A DNA stretch of 64,000 bases from Felis catus. Lineage: Eukaryota. Both the position numbers and the translations under genes were made by a program. How positions within the stretch are numbered: position 1 is the first letter of the stretch; each line of letters opens with the position of its first letter. Shown here piece after piece: positions 47,569-62,000 of this stretch. The stretch is from the NCBI RefSeq assembly GCF_018350175.1, contig NC_058382.1, forward strand, positions 61,754,001 through 61,818,000, in the 5' to 3' direction. Under the pieces are notes generated by a model, which ran no database searches, had not been told where the DNA came from, and saw nothing but the letters and a program-made list of their open reading frames with translations.

Positions 47569-48261
47569 ACCATCGGCTTTTTGACCCAGAGCACCTAGGA
47601 GCAGGAAGGGCTTCTATTGCTCCCAGAGGATGCAGGGCCTCTGCTGCTGCCTCAGGACAGAAAGCAGAGCTGCCTTTCCAGCACGTTCTGCCGCCCACCC
47701 CAGGGGAGACCTTGGGAGCTTTGCAGCAACTTGGCATCTCCTGAGTCCCAGAGAGTATCTGCCTTGTTGTACTGAATGCTGAGGAGGGGACGCTGGGTGG
47801 CTTCCCTGGTCAAGCTGGTTGCTGAGCTGCACAGGCACTTGCATTTTCTGGGCTGTTCCCATGTTTCATTCCTCCCCTTCCCGGACAGTATTTGAACAAG
47901 ACGTATTTTACAAAAGAACTCATGGATTGCGGGTCCCACGACATCACCTCTTAGATGCAGTCGATGGTTTGTTCCAGATTCAGGCTTGTTTCCAGGAAGA
48001 AACCCTGACAGAAATGCAGAAGAACGGGAGCTGCATTCCGTTAGGACGTGAACACATGAAATGCTCGTCTCACGACCTTCTAGATGAATGAGCTGGGACC
48101 CAGTTTCTGAGTCCTGCTGGAACCAGAGACCAAGGTAAGGGCACAAACTGCCCCCATGTCATACATGCTTTTTAAAAAATTTCATGGTTAGTTTTCCAAC
48201 CTAGTGAAGTTATTGAAAACTACAGAAAACCTGGTAGGTAGGTGTCATTAACCTTTTGTTA

Positions 48262-51200
48262 TCTTTTAATTTAAATTCCAGTGAGTGAAGACACAGTGTA
48301 ATATTAGTTTCAGGTGTTCAATATAGAGCAACACTTCCACACGTCACCCGGTGCTCATCCCAGGTGCACTTCTTAATCCCCATCCGCTGTTTCACCCATT
48401 CCCTCACCTCGCTGTGGAACTCCTCAGTTTGTTTCCTAGTTAAGAGTCCGTTTGTCTCCTCCCCCCGCCCCTTTGTTTTGTTTTCTTGCCATGTGTTAGT
48501 GAAATCGTTGGGTATTTGTCTTTCTCCGACAGGCTTATTTCACCCAGCATAACATTCTCTCTCTCCATCCACCTCGTGGCAAATGGCAAGATTTCATGTT
48601 TTTACGGCTGAATAATATTACATTCCATATACTACATCTCAATTTATTTATCAGTTGATGGATGCTTGGGAAGTTTCTGTAATTTGGCTGTTGTAGAAAA
48701 TGCTGCTGTAAACATCACGGTGCATGTATCCCTTTGAAGAATTATTTTTGTATTCTTTGTGTAAATACCTCGTAGTGAAATTGTTGGATCCTAAGGTAGT
48801 TCCATTTCCATTTTTTTTTAATGAATCTCCATGATGTTTTCCAGTGTGGCTGCACCAGTTTGCATTCCTACCCACAGTGCAAGAGGGTTTCTCTTTCCTC
48901 ACATCCTTGGCAACACCTGCTGTTTCATCCTTCATTGATTTTAGTCATTGTGACAGATGTGATGTGTTATCTCATTGTACTTTTGAATTGTATTTTCCTG
49001 AAGATCAGTATTGTTGAGCATCTTTTCATATGTCTCTTGGCCATGTGTATGTCTTCCTTGGGAAAATGTCTATTCGTGTCTTCTGCCCATTTTAAATTGG
49101 ATTTCTCCTTTTTTGGGTGCTGTATGACTTTATATGTTTTGGACACTAACCCTTAATCAGATGTCGTTTGCAAATAGTAGTCTGTAGGTGTTTTAGTTTT
49201 GTTGATTATTTCCTTGGTGACAGAAGCTTTTTATTTTTACGAAGTCCCATTATTTTTGCTTGTGTTTCCCTTAACTCAGGAGATATATCTACAAAGATGT
49301 TTGTACAGCCAATGTCAAATAAGATACTGCCTGTGTTAATTATCCTCTGGGATTTTTATGGTTTCAGGTTTCACACATAGGTCTTTATCCATGTTGGATT
49401 TATTTTTGTGTATGTTGTAAGGTGGTCTGTTGTTGGTCTTGTTTTGTTTTGCAGGTTGCTGTCTAGTTTTTTCAAAACCATATGTTGAGGAGATTTTTTT
49501 TAAGTTTATGTATCTATTTTTGAGAGACAGAATGCAGAAGAGGGGCAGAGAGAAATGGGGAGAGAGAATCCCACACATGCTCTGCACTGCCCTGAGATCA
49601 TGACCTGAGCTGAATCCACAGTCACACGCTTTGCAGCCACCCATGTGTCCCAAGACTATCTTTTTTTTCCCCATTGGATATACTTTCCTGCTTTGTTGAG
49701 AATTAATTAACCACATAGGTTTGAGTTCATTTCTGGGTTTCCGTTCTGTTGATCTCTGTGTCTGTGTGTTGTTGTTGTTGATGTTGATGTTGTTTTTTGC
49801 CAGTACCATACTGTTCTGTTCAGTACAGCTTTTAATATAACCTGAAGTCTGGAATTGTGATGCCTCCAGCTTTAGTTTTCTTCTCCAATTTTGTTTTTGC
49901 TGTTTGGAGTCTTTGTCGTTCCATACAAATTTGTGATTATTTGTTGTAGTTCAATGACAAATGTTTTTGTTAGTGTGATAGGGATTTCATTGCATGTGTA
50001 GATTGTTTTGAGGAGTGTGGACATTTTAACAGTATTTTATGCTTCCCATCCATGAGGGCGAAATATATTTCCTTTTCTTTGTGTCTTCTTCCATTTCTTT
50101 CATCAGTATTTCATAGCCTTTAGAGTACAGGTCTTTCACCTCTTTGGTTAGGTTCATTCTAGGTATCTTGGGGTATTTGGTGCACCTGTCAATGGGATTG
50201 ATCCCTTACTTTCTCTTTCTGTTAATTCATTACTCGTCTATAGAAATGCAATAGATTGATGTACATTGATTTCTGTATATTGTGACTTGTCGAATTCATA
50301 TATCAATCCTAGCAATTTTCATTGGAGTCTTTCATGTTTTTTTTTATAGAGAGAATCATGTCAGTTCCAAACAGCGAAACTTCTACTTCTTCCTTGCCAA
50401 TTTGGATGCCTCTTATCTCTCTTTTTTTTTTTTTTTTCTGATTGCTGTGGCTAGGACTTCCTGTAGTATGTGGAATAATAGTGGTGAGAGGGGTCATCCT
50501 TGTCTTGTCCCTGACCTTGGAGGAAAAACTTTCAATTTTTCCCCATTGAGGATGAGATGAGCTGTGGGTTTTTCCTAGATGACCTTTATTATGTGCAGGT
50601 AGGTTGACTCTCAATGTACTTTGATGAGGGGTTTTATCATGAATGGATGTGACATTTTGTCAAATAGTTTTCCTGCATCTGTTGAAAGCATCGTATTGTT
50701 CTTATCCTTTCTTCTATTACTGTGGTGCATCATGTTGATTGATCTGTGAATGTGGAACCACCCTTGCAGGCCAGGAATATATCCCACTTGATTATGGTAA
50801 ATGATTCTATCAATGTATTGTTGACTTTAACTTGAAGGTATTTTAATGAGAATTTCGGCATACCTAGTCATCAGGCTACTGCTCTGCAGTTTTATTTAAA
50901 TTTTTTTAAACATTTTTTTAAATGTGTATTTCTTTCTTTAGATAGAGTACATAAAAGTAAGGGAGGGGCAGAGAGACAGAGAGAGAAAGAATCCTGGTCA
51001 TGCTCCACACTGTCAACGCAGGGTCCAATGTGGGACTCGAACCCACGCACTGCAAGATAATGTCCTAATCCAAAATTAAGAATTGGACAGTAAACCGACT
51101 GAGCCACACAGGCGCCCTGGCAGTTTTCAGTTTTATTGGAGGCTTTATCTGGTTTTGGTATCAGGGTAATGATGGCCTCATAAGATGAATTTGTAAGTTT

Positions 51201-51925
51201 TCCTTTTTTTTAATCTTTTGTAATAATTTGAGGAGAATACATATTACCTCTTCCTTAAATGGATGGTAGAATTCATCAGTGAGGCCATCTGGCCCCAAAC
51301 TCTTGCTTTGGGGGAAGATTATTTTTTTCTTACTGATTTGACTTCTTTCTGTTTTCAGATTTGATGTATCTTCCTGTTTCAGTTTTGGTAGTTTGTGTGT
51401 TTCTAGGAATTTGTCCATTTTTCTCAGAGTGTCCAATTTGTTGCATATAGTTGTTCATAATATTATCTTCTAATTGTATTTTTGTGGTGTTGACTGTTGT
51501 TTCTCCTTTCTTATTTGTGATTTTATTTATTTGAGTCCTTTCTCTCTTCTTTGTGAAAACTCTGCCTAGGAGGTTTTCATGTTGATTACTGTTATCAAGG
51601 AACCAGCCCATGGTTTCACTGGTTTGGTCTAGTGTCTTTTTGGTTTGTATATCCCTTATCTTCCTTAATCTCTATTTCCTTCCTTCTGCTGTTCTTCTCA
51701 TTCCTTTAGTGGTAAGTTAGAAGTGTTTGAGATTTTTCTTGTTCTTTAAGGTAGGCTTATATTGCTATATACTTCCATCTTAGATTGCTTTTGCTGCATT
51801 CCAAAGGTTTTACCAGTGTATTTTCATTTTTATTTGTTTCAGTGTATTTTCTCATTGATTTCCTGTTTGACCCATTCATTTCGTAGCATGTTATTTAACC
51901 TCCCTTTATTTGTGGCCTTTCCCCC

Positions 51926-51981
<56 letters not shown>

Positions 51982-53440
51982 AGTGTGGTTAACTTTGAGT
52001 TTCCTAGCTTTGTGGTCAGAAAAGATGCTTGGTCTGATATCTGTCTTTGGGTACCTGTTAAGGCCTGATTTGTGACCTAGAATGTGATCATTTCTGGAGA
52101 ATGCCCCATGTGCGCTTGAAAAGAATGTGTACTCTGCCATTTTAGTATGGAGTGTTCTGAATATATCTGTTAAACGCATCTGGTCCAGTGTGTCATTCAA
52201 AGCCATTGTTTCCTTGTTGATTTTCTGTTTACAGGTTCTGTCCATTGATGTGACTGATGTGTTAAAGTCCTCTATTATTGTTATATTTTTATAAATTCCT
52301 TTATGGTTTTGTTAAATGTTTTATATATTGGTGATTGCATATTGGGTGCATCAAAATTTACAATCATTGGATCTTTTTGTTTGGTTGTCCCTTTTAGTAT
52401 GAGATAGTGTCTATCTTCATCTCTTGTTACAGCTTTATTTATTTTTTTTAAATTTAAGTCTTAGTTGACATAGAGTGTATTCTCTGTTTCGGGAGTAGAA
52501 TCCAGTGATTCATCCCTTACATACAACACCCAGTACTCATCACAACAAGTGCTCTCCTTAATACTCGTCTGCCATCTAGCCCAGCGCCGACACATCTCAC
52601 TCTATCAAACCTCACTTTTTTTCTCTATGGTTAAGAAACTAATGTGGTTTGTTACCACTCTTCTCTTTTCCTGCCCCCTTCCCATGTTTTCATCTGTTTT
52701 GTTTCTTAAATTCCACATGAGTGAAATCATATATGTGTCTTTCACTGATTGACATATTTCACTTAGCATAATAAATTCTAGGTCCATCCACATCGTTGCA
52801 AGTGGCAGGATTTCATTCTTTTTGAAGCTGAGTTACATTTCATTGTATATACGTATGTATATATGTATGTATATATGAGCATACACGTGAGCACATATGC
52901 GTATACATGCACACCCACACCCACACACACACACCCCACAAGTTCTTTATACCTTCATCAGTTGATGGATACTTGGGCTTTCTCCATAATATGTCTACCA
53001 TTGATAATGTTTCTAAATATTGGGTGTATGCAATTTTACTACTAGGTATTGACCCAAAGGGTACCAAACTACACTCTCGGTTTTAAAGTTTATTTTGCCT
53101 AATGTAAGTATTGCTACTGGCTTTCTTTTGACATTATTGTCATGATAAATGCTTTTCATTCCCTCCTTTTAAATCTTCAGGTGACATATGTGAAAATAAG
53201 GCTTTGTAGGCATCATCTAGATAGGTCTTTTTTTTTTTGTCCATTCTGACACCCTATCCTTGTCTTTTGATTGGAGCATTTAGTCGATTTACATTCAGAG
53301 TAATTATTGATAGGTATATATTTAGTGACATTCTACTAGTTGTTTTGCCATTGTTTCTTCATGTTTTCTCTGATCCTTTCTTGTCTGTAACACTTTTGGT
53401 CTTTCATTTCCACTCCAAGAGTCTGATTTAAATATTCTTT
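48262..53440 (-). mobile_element. Carnivore L1 (3' end through ORF2) with SINEs (~49497-49652, ~50893-51118), (TG)n at 51929-51978 and a nested L1 3' end (~52435-53045)
   Basis: Continuous L1 antisense similarity and ORF2p-like peptides in the ORF track. Confidence 0.9.
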
Positions 53441-53457
53441 TCTTTTGACTGGTAGTA

Positions 53458-56400
53458 CATTTTTTTAACTTATTTTTAATATTTCTTTTTTGTTAAAATT
53501 TAAGCCCAAGTTAGTTACCTTATAGTGGAATATAGTTCCAGGATTAGAATTTAGTGACCATCAATTACAAAATATATCCAGTACTCATCCCAAGTGCCCC
53601 CCGCCCCCTGAGTGCGCATCACCTATTTAGCCCATACCCCTATTCAGAAACCTTCCTGGAGTCCCGAGCTTCTTCCCTCTATTTAACAGTCCCTTATCGT
53701 TTGACTCCCTCTCTGTTTGTATCTTATTTTTGCTTTCCTTTCATTATGTACATCAGTGTATTAAATTCCACAGATAAGAGAAATCATATGATGTGTGTCT
53801 TTCCCTGACATATTATGGTTAGCATAATAAAGTCTGGTTCCATCCACCTTGTTGCAAATAGCAAGATTTCACTCTTTTTGATTGCCGAGTAATATTACAC
53901 TGTATGAATATACCACATATTCTTTATCCATTCATCTCTCAATGGTCATTCGGGCTCTTTGCATAATTTAGCTATTGTTGATAATGCTGCTATAAACATT
54001 GGAGTGCATGTGCCCTTCAAGTTAGCGTTAATGTATCCTATGGATAATGCCTATTAGTGCAATTGCTGGGTCGTAGTGTAGTTCTCTTATTGTTTTTTTG
54101 TAACGAATCTCCATACTATTTTCCAGAATGGCTACACCACTTTGCATTCCCACCAGCATTGCAAAAGCGTTCCCTTTCTCTGCATCCTTGCCAACATCTG
54201 TCGTTTCCTGAGATGTTAATTTTAGCCATTCTGATAGGTGTGAGGGGATATCTCATTGTGGTTTTGATTTGTGTTTCAGTGATGACGATTGAGATTGAGC
54301 ATCTTTTCATGTGTGACCAATCTGGATGTCATCTTTGTTAAAGTGTCTCTTCATGTCTTTTTCCCATTTCTTCACTGGGTTATTTGGTTTTTGGGTGTTG
54401 AGTGTGATAAGTTTTTTTTTTTTTTTATAGATTTTGGATACTAACCTTTATCTGTCACCTGCAAATATCTTCTCCCATTCCATTCAGTTTCCTTTAGTTT
54501 TGTTGATTGTGTCCTCTGCTGTGCAGAAGCTTTTTATCTTGAGGTCCCAATAGTTCATTTTGGTTTTTATTGCCCTTGTTTCTGGAGACTTGACAAGCAA
54601 CATGTTGCTGCAGTCAGGATCAAAGAGGTAGGTTGCCTCCTTTCTCCTCGAGGATTTTGATGGTCTCCTGTCTTACATTTAGATCTTTCATCCATTTTGA
54701 GGTGTGTGTGTGAGAGAGAGAGAGAGTCAGAGAGAGAGAGAGACAGAGAGAGACCCAGAGGTTTAAGAACATAGTCCAGTTTGATTCTTCTCACTGTCCA
54801 TTTTTTCCCAGTACCATGTGCTGAAGAGACTCTTTTTTTTCCTTTGCTTATTCTTTCCTGTTTTGTCAAAGATTACTCGGCCATAATTTTGAGGGTCCAT
54901 TTCTGGGTTCCCTCTTCTGTTCCTTTGATCTATGTGTCTGTTTTTGTGCCCGTCCCATACTGTCTTGATGATTGTGGCTTTCTGATGCACCATAAAGTCT
55001 AGAATTGTAATGTCTCCAGGTTTGTTTTTTTCTTTTTCAACATTACTTTGGCTCTTTGGGGTCTTTTCTGGTTCCATACAAATTTTAGGGTTGTTTGTTC
55101 TAGCTCTGTGAAGAATGCTGGTGTTATTTTGATAGGAATTACATTGAATTTGTCCTTTGCTTTGGGTAGTATTGACATTTTAACAATATTTGTTCTTCTA
55201 ATTCATGAGCATGGGATGTTTTTCCATTTCCTTGTGTCTTCTTCAACTACTTTCATAGATGTTGTATCGTTTGTTCTTTTAATTTTTTAATGTTTATTTA
55301 TTTTTAAGAGAGTGAGCGAGCGAGCAAGAGCCCGTGAGCAGGGGAGAGGCAGGGAGAGGGAGACACAGAATCTGAAGCAGACTCCAGGCTCCAAGCTGTC
55401 AGCACAGAGCCCGTCACAAGACTCAAACCCACAAACGCGGGATCATGTCTTGAACCGAAGTCAGCACTTAACCGACTGAGCCACCCAGGCGCCCCTCTAT
55501 TGTTTTAATGTACTGATCTTTTCCCTCTTTGGTTAGATTTATCCCTGGGTATTTTATGCTCTTCAGTGCAGTTGTAAATGAGATCAGTTCCTTAATTTTC
55601 TTTCTGTTGATTCATTATTGGTGTATAGAAATGCAATCAACTTCTGTATATTGATTTTATATTCTGAGACTTTCCTGAATTCCTGTATCAGTCCTAGAGT
55701 TTTTTGGTGGAGTCGTTTGGGTTTTCCACGGAGAGTATCATATCTGTGAGGAGGCAAAGTTTGACCCCTCCTTGCCAACTTGGACACCTTGTATTTCTTT
55801 TTGTTGTCTGATTGTTGAGGCTAGGACTTCCAACAGAATGGTGAATAACAGTTCTGAGAATGGACATCCCTGTCGTCTTCCTGACCTTAGGGGGAAAGCT
55901 CTCAGTTTTTCCCCATTGAAGATGTTATTAGCTGTGGGACTTTCGTATCTGGACATTCTCATATTGAGACCTGATCCTTCTATCCCTCCTTTCATGAGGT
56001 TGTTTTTTTTTTTTTTTTTCATCAAGAAAGGATGCTGCTGCATTTTGTCAAATTTTTATTCTGCATCTATTGAGAGGATCATGTGGTTGTTATCTTTTCT
56101 TTTATCAATGTGATATATCACATCAGTTGATTTGCAGATATTGAATCGGTTGCGCATCCCAGGAATAAAATCCATCTCATAGTGCTGAATAATTCTTTTT
56201 ATGTATTGTTGGATCCAGTTTGCCACTTCTTGTTGAGATTTTTTGCATCCATGGTCATCAGGGAAATTGTTCTATAGTTTTCCTTTTTAGTGGGGTCTTT
56301 GTCCAGTTTGGACTCAAGGCCATGCTGGCCTCATAGAATGAGTTTGGAAGTGTTCCCTCCATTTTTCTGCCCATGACCTTATCTTGTTCCTTCATTTGGG

Positions 56401-57210
56401 ATGCCTTCCTCTTGTCTTGGAATTTTGGTTGAGTATTTGCCATCTTTGTGTTACCAAAGCTCATTGCGTTACCTGCCTGTGAGTTGAATGGTTTTATGAA
56501 GAGGAGGTCATCCAGTGTCCAGGGCCTGGCACATCACGGAGTGTCTGTGGTGTGTGTTGCATGCACTGTTTTGTGTTCTGGCTGCACTATCCTTCAGGTC
56601 AGTTGTATGGGAAAGGTATGGTCCTTGGCCAGAATGTGGTGAGTCTGATCTAGGTCTGCTCTGATCTGCTTGTTAAATGAGACTTGAAACGACTGCTACG
56701 AGAAGTGAAGCCCTGCACAACTCTTTGGTCAAGAGAGGTGGTGTGGTCATGGGCTTCACCTGGTCTTCTGGTGAAGGGACCAGCTCCAGCTCCACTGGGA
56801 CTGAGGCAACCTTGAATGACCTAGAAGGCCAGTCTTGGCAGAGCACAGGAAGGTGGGATTGGTGTAAACAGCTTGGGCAGCCAGTGTGGGAATCGCCTTG
56901 TTTCCAGCATTTAGCTCTGTGTTTATCCTGGGGGGGGGGGCGGGGAGAGGGGGCGAGGGCAGAGCAGGGAAATGGTGCCAGGCAGCTCGTCTGTCCTAGC
57001 TCTTTGTCTCCTCATTGTGAACACTGCTTCCCAAGTATGCTCTCCATGATGAGTGTATAATCTCCCCACTATGTGCACCAGGCTTTCTACAGATCACTGT
57101 TTCCATGCCATCTGCCTGCAAGTTGTTTGCTGCCTTCTCTTCAGGAGTAGACCAGTGCCCTCAGGGCTGTATCCCAGCCAAGGCTTCTAACCTTTGAAAC
57201 TCCACATTCT
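53458..57210 (-). mobile_element. L1 with a large internal deletion (ORF2 joined to the ORF1 start/5' UTR near 56370); SINE at ~55280-55496
   Basis: ORF-track peptide 56258-56464 is a chimera of ORF1-like (ASQMKEQDKVM) and ORF2 (EGTLPNSFYEAS) sequence. Confidence 0.85.
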
Positions 57211-57211
57211 C

Positions 57212-57367
57212 GGGGTGCCTGGATGGCTTGGTTAAGTGTCTGACTCTTGATCCTGGATCAGATCATGACCTCTTGGTAGTGGGATTCTCTCTTTCCTTCT
57301 TGTCCTGCCCCTCCCTTGCATGTGCTCTCTTTCTCTCTCTCTCAAAATTAATAAACTTAAAAAAAAA
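57212..57367 (+). mobile_element. Internally deleted SINEC
   Basis: GGGGTGCCTGGATGGCTT head, CT tract and AATAAA-A tail. Confidence 0.85.
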
Positions 57368-57369
57368 TT

Positions 57370-57830
57370 AGTGGCATGGAATACCTTATTTAGGCAAGAC
57401 TGCCTCTCTGAGGGGAATGGCAAGGATCTGTGAGCTTTATTTCCACCGCTGGCTAGGAAATTCTTTGCTGACTGGTTAGAGGTTTCATTCCTACAGGAAT
57501 GAAATTAGGTTTAGCTACATGGGTGCTTAAAGTAAGTAACTCCATGATGGGCCTGTGATTTTTCTTAACATTCTAAAGCCAACTTGTATGTATACATTTT
57601 TAATTAAATGTATAGCCCTAAATAATATTTTAGCCATCTACTGCCGGCCCAATGATCATATCCTGTGAAACTGTAACTATCTCCTGATCATAGAGGAAGA
57701 TCAACTCTGTGGCTCTAAGATCTTTGTGGCTCTAAGTTACTTTGATCTATGTTACTAAGATCTTTGTGAGTCTAGGCTACTGCTGGCCTTTCGATGTCTT
57801 TCACCCAGGGACCCCCAGCGAGGTTGCTGA
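57370..57830. mobile_element. Probable LTR fragments
   Basis: LTR-like composition and short internal repeats (TGTGGCTCTAAG twice, CTAAGATCTTTGTG twice). Family not identified. Confidence 0.35.
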
Positions 57831-59019
57831 GCGATCATTTAGGCACAGAAGCACATTTTCCAAGTCACCTCTCCATAAAGCGTTGTCTTTCCCTCTGGTA
57901 CTTCCGGAACTTACCCTTTGGCAAGTCACATATCCTCATGCAAACCTGTCAAAGTGGACCAGAAAAAGCTGCTTGCCTGTGACTGCCACTTCATTGTCAC
58001 ATCTTATCCTTCTGAAACCCCTTGAAATCCCTATTGTTCTTCCAGTCTTTGAATATCTCTTTGATTTGGAACCATTTGTTTCTCTTGTATTCCTGATAAA
58101 AAAATATGTGTGAAAATATTAAAGCAAGGGTTCTTTACAATAAGTGAGCCAGTCACAATGCTTCATCTGGCCGCGTGTATGTTTTTATTTTTGACAATGT
58201 TCAGGCATGATGTGACGTACATCCTGTAAAATCTGAGTATCATTCATTATCTAGGATAACCACCTTTATGGAAAGCCTTTCAATGACATGCTTGTTCAAG
58301 ATCAGAAAAACACTTAATTTACATACCACATAATACAGTGGTATACACATGCGTTATTATCTTAAAATATGTAAAGTAGATGTTTCTATGAAGTGTTTAT
58401 CATGCATTCAGTTTTCTCTACCATGAATGCTATTATTTAAATTAATAGTAAGAACAACAAGAATAGGTACATGTCCATCACTAGTAACTAATATTAGAAC
58501 TAGTCATATAATATAATGTGTTGCAAACATACAACCATGATTACTAATAATCTTTTCATTCATGTTGGGTTTCTAGTTACCAGAAAAATTGGGAAGATAT
58601 TATTGAGTCTCTACATACAACAGACTGTTTTCTGACTATTGATATCATATGAGTTGATACACAATCACAATCAATATCTTGTGAGATATGGTAGTATTAA
58701 CTAAAGTTTATATTTGTATTCAGATTTCTTCAGTTTTAACTTCTGTCCCAGACTCATCCTAGCTGGCACATTACCCTCATCCTGTCTCCTTAGGCTCCAC
58801 TTAGCCATGACAATTTTTAGATTTTTCCATATTTTACATAATCTGCAAAGTTTTGAGGGTACGTTTGTAGAATGTATTTTGTAGAATGATCCTTGGTTGG
58901 GATATGTCTAACGTTTGTTCAAATGCTTAGGCCAGAGTTACCGTGTTTTGGAGCAGAAGGTCCAGAGGCATAACGCCATCCATAATTACCACTTCACATA
59001 AAGGTTGTTCACTTTGAAG

Positions 59020-62000
59020 ACTGGGGTCTTTTGTGGTTCCATACAAATTTTAGGACTGTTCTAGTTCTGCGAAAAATGTTGTTGGTATTTTGATGGAAAT
59101 TGCATTAATTGTGTCAATTGCTTTGGGAAGTATAGACATTTTCACTATATTTGTACTTTCGACCCATGAGTATGGAATGTCCTTCCATTTCTTTGTGTCA
59201 TCTTGAATTTAATCACTGTTTTATACTTTTCAGAGTATAGGTCACTCACCACTTTGGTTAGATTTATTCATAGTTATCTTATTATTTGGTGTACAAGTGT
59301 CAATAGGACTGTTTTCTTAATTTCTATTTCTACTGCTTCAGTATGGTTTTCTAGAAATGCAACAGATTTCTGTGCAGTGATTTGTATCCTGTGACATTGC
59401 TGAATTCATTTATCAGTTCTAGCAGTTATTGGGTGGACTCTTTAGGGTTTTCTATATATAGTGTCATGTAATCTGCAAAGTGTGAAAGCTTCACTTCCTC
59501 CAGATTTGGATTTCTTTTTATTTTATTTTATTTTATTTTATTTTATTTTATTTTATTTTATTTTAGTTTAGTTTAGTTTAGTTTAATTTAGTTTAGTTTA
59601 GTTTAGTTTCATTTCGTTTGTCTGCTGGCTGTGGCTAGGACTTCCAGTAATTTATTAAAAGTGGTAAGAATAAACATCCTGTCTTCTTCCTGACCTTACA
59701 GGAAAAGCTCTCAGATTTTCCCCATTAAGCTTGATTATAACTGCAGGGTTTTGATAGATATCCTTTATTAAGTTGATGTATGTTTCCTGTAAACCTAATT
59801 TAGGGGGTTATAATCCTGAATGGATGTTGTACTTTGTCAAATGCTCCTTTCTGCATGTATTGAAATGACCGTATGGTTCTTTTCTTTTAAAGTTTATTAA
59901 TCTTGGGAGAGACAGAGCGTGAGCAGGGGAGGGGCAGAGAGAGAGGGAGACACAGAATTCGAAGGAGGCTCTTGGCTCTGAGCTTTCAACACAGAGTCTG
60001 ACACGGGACTTGAACTCACGAATTATGAAGTCATGACCTGAGCTGATGTTAGACTGTTAAAGGATTGAGCCACCAAGGTGCCCCGATCATATGGTCCTTA
60101 TCCTTTCTCCTGTTGATGTATTGTGTCACATTGGTTGATATGCAAATATTGAACCACCTTTGCAGCTTGGGAATAAATCCCACTGAATTGTGGGATATAT
60201 TTACACTTGTTATATCTTCTTTTTGGATTGTACCCTTTACTGTTATACAGAGTCCTCCTCTGTCTCTTGTTATGTACTTTTTTTAAGTGTATTTTTTTTC
60301 TGATACAAGTATTGCTACTCCAGGTTTCATTTGACATTAATGTGTGCAATGTTTCTCTATCCTCTCACTATCATTCTTGAGGTGTAAAGTGGGTCACTTA
60401 TAGGCATATAAATCTGTTTTGTTTTTTCATCCATTCTTACACCCTACATCTCTATATTGGAGCATTCACTCCATTTACCTTCAAAGTAATGATTGATATG
60501 TATGTACGTATTGCCATTTTATTGCCTGTTTTGCTGTGGTTTCTAATGATTTTCTCTGATCCTTTCTTGCCTTTCTTTCATGTTTTGCTTATTTTCTTTA
60601 GTGATATATTTTGATTTCCTTATCTCTATTCTTAGCATATTTATGATTGGTTTTAGTATATGGTTACTGTTAGGTGTTTATATAACTTCTTCTGCATTTA
60701 GCAGTTTGTATTAAGTTCATGGTCATTTACCTTTGCACCCATTATTTTCTCCTCCCTAGGTTTTTGGTAGAGGTTATTACAATTCAAATCCATTTCTCTG
60801 AGTTCCTTAACTGATTTTTTTTGCAGAAATATTGATTTTTTGCTTGATTTGTGTCTTCTACCTCTAAACTGTCACTGTTGGCCTCTCCTTTCCACTCAAA
60901 GAATCCCTCTTAATATTTCTTGCAGGACTGGTTTAGTGGTACAAACTCCTTTAGTTTTTGTTTGGGAAACTCTGTGTCTCCTTCCATTCTGAAGGATAGC
61001 CTTGCTGGATAGAATATTGTTGGCTGCTGATTTTTCCATTCAGCACTTTGAATATGTGATGTCACTCGCTTCAGGCTTGCCAAGTTTCTGTTCAGAAATA
61101 TGTAGCTAGCCTCATGGGTCTTCCCTTCTAAGTTAAGGTCTTTTGTCTTGCTGCTTTTAAGAATTTTTCTTAATTGTCATTGTAATTTGCAAGTTTGGTT
61201 ACAATATGTTTGTGTGTTGGCCTGATTTTGTTGATGTTGATGGGAGTTCTCTAGTCTCCCGGATGTGGATGTTTGTTTCCCTCCCCCAGTTAGGGACATT
61301 TTCAGCTATTATTTCCTCGAATAAATTTTCGGCCCCAAATTCTCTTCCTTCTGGGAGTCCTACAATATGAATATTATTAGCTTTCCTGTAGTCACTGAAT
61401 TCCCTTAGTCTCATCTCACGTTGCAGAATTCTGTGCTCTCTCTTTGGTTCAGTGTGATTAATTTCCATCACTCAGTCTTCGAGGGCACTAGTTTGTTCAG
61501 CTGCTTCTTCCATCCCTCTGTTCATTCCAGCTAGCGTGTTTCTCCTTTATTGTGTCCTCAATGTGTACTGTGTTATTTCTTATCTCTATGTCAGGGGTCT
61601 CACTCTTCTACTCATTTCACAACTCCAGTGAGTATCCTTATGATCATTGCTTTAAATTCCATATCAGGTATGTTACTAATATCTCTTTGGCTTAGATCTC
61701 TGGCTGTGACTTTGACTAGGTCTTTCATTGTGGATAAACATCTCTGTGTGTCGATTTTGTCTTTCTCTCTGGGTCTATTTATCTGTGTTGAGAAAGTCAG
61801 CTGTGCCTTCTGATCTTGAAATTAACGGCGGTATGAAAAAGAGGTCCTGGAGTCCTCAGTAGTGCACGTATCCATTTATAGGACCTGGACCTTCAGGAGA
61901 ATATCGTATGGGTATTGCTCCTTCCATGCTGCTGTGTCTGTATTACTTTTCCTTTCAGTGTAGATGTCTACACTGATTGCGTGCCTGTTGTGGGCTGTGC

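Larger units (their letters stand above)
41310..48240 (+). repeat. Diverged tandem segmental duplicate of ~29040-34740
   Basis: Colinear blocks: 29040-29930 with 41310-42140, 30440-31305 with 44960-45800, and 32975-34740 with 46010-48240 (e.g. shared GCATTCTGACCTTGTCACAT, GGCCCTGTCACTAAGACCCTTCCCA, GAGTCCTGCTGGAACCAGAG). Confidence 0.9.
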
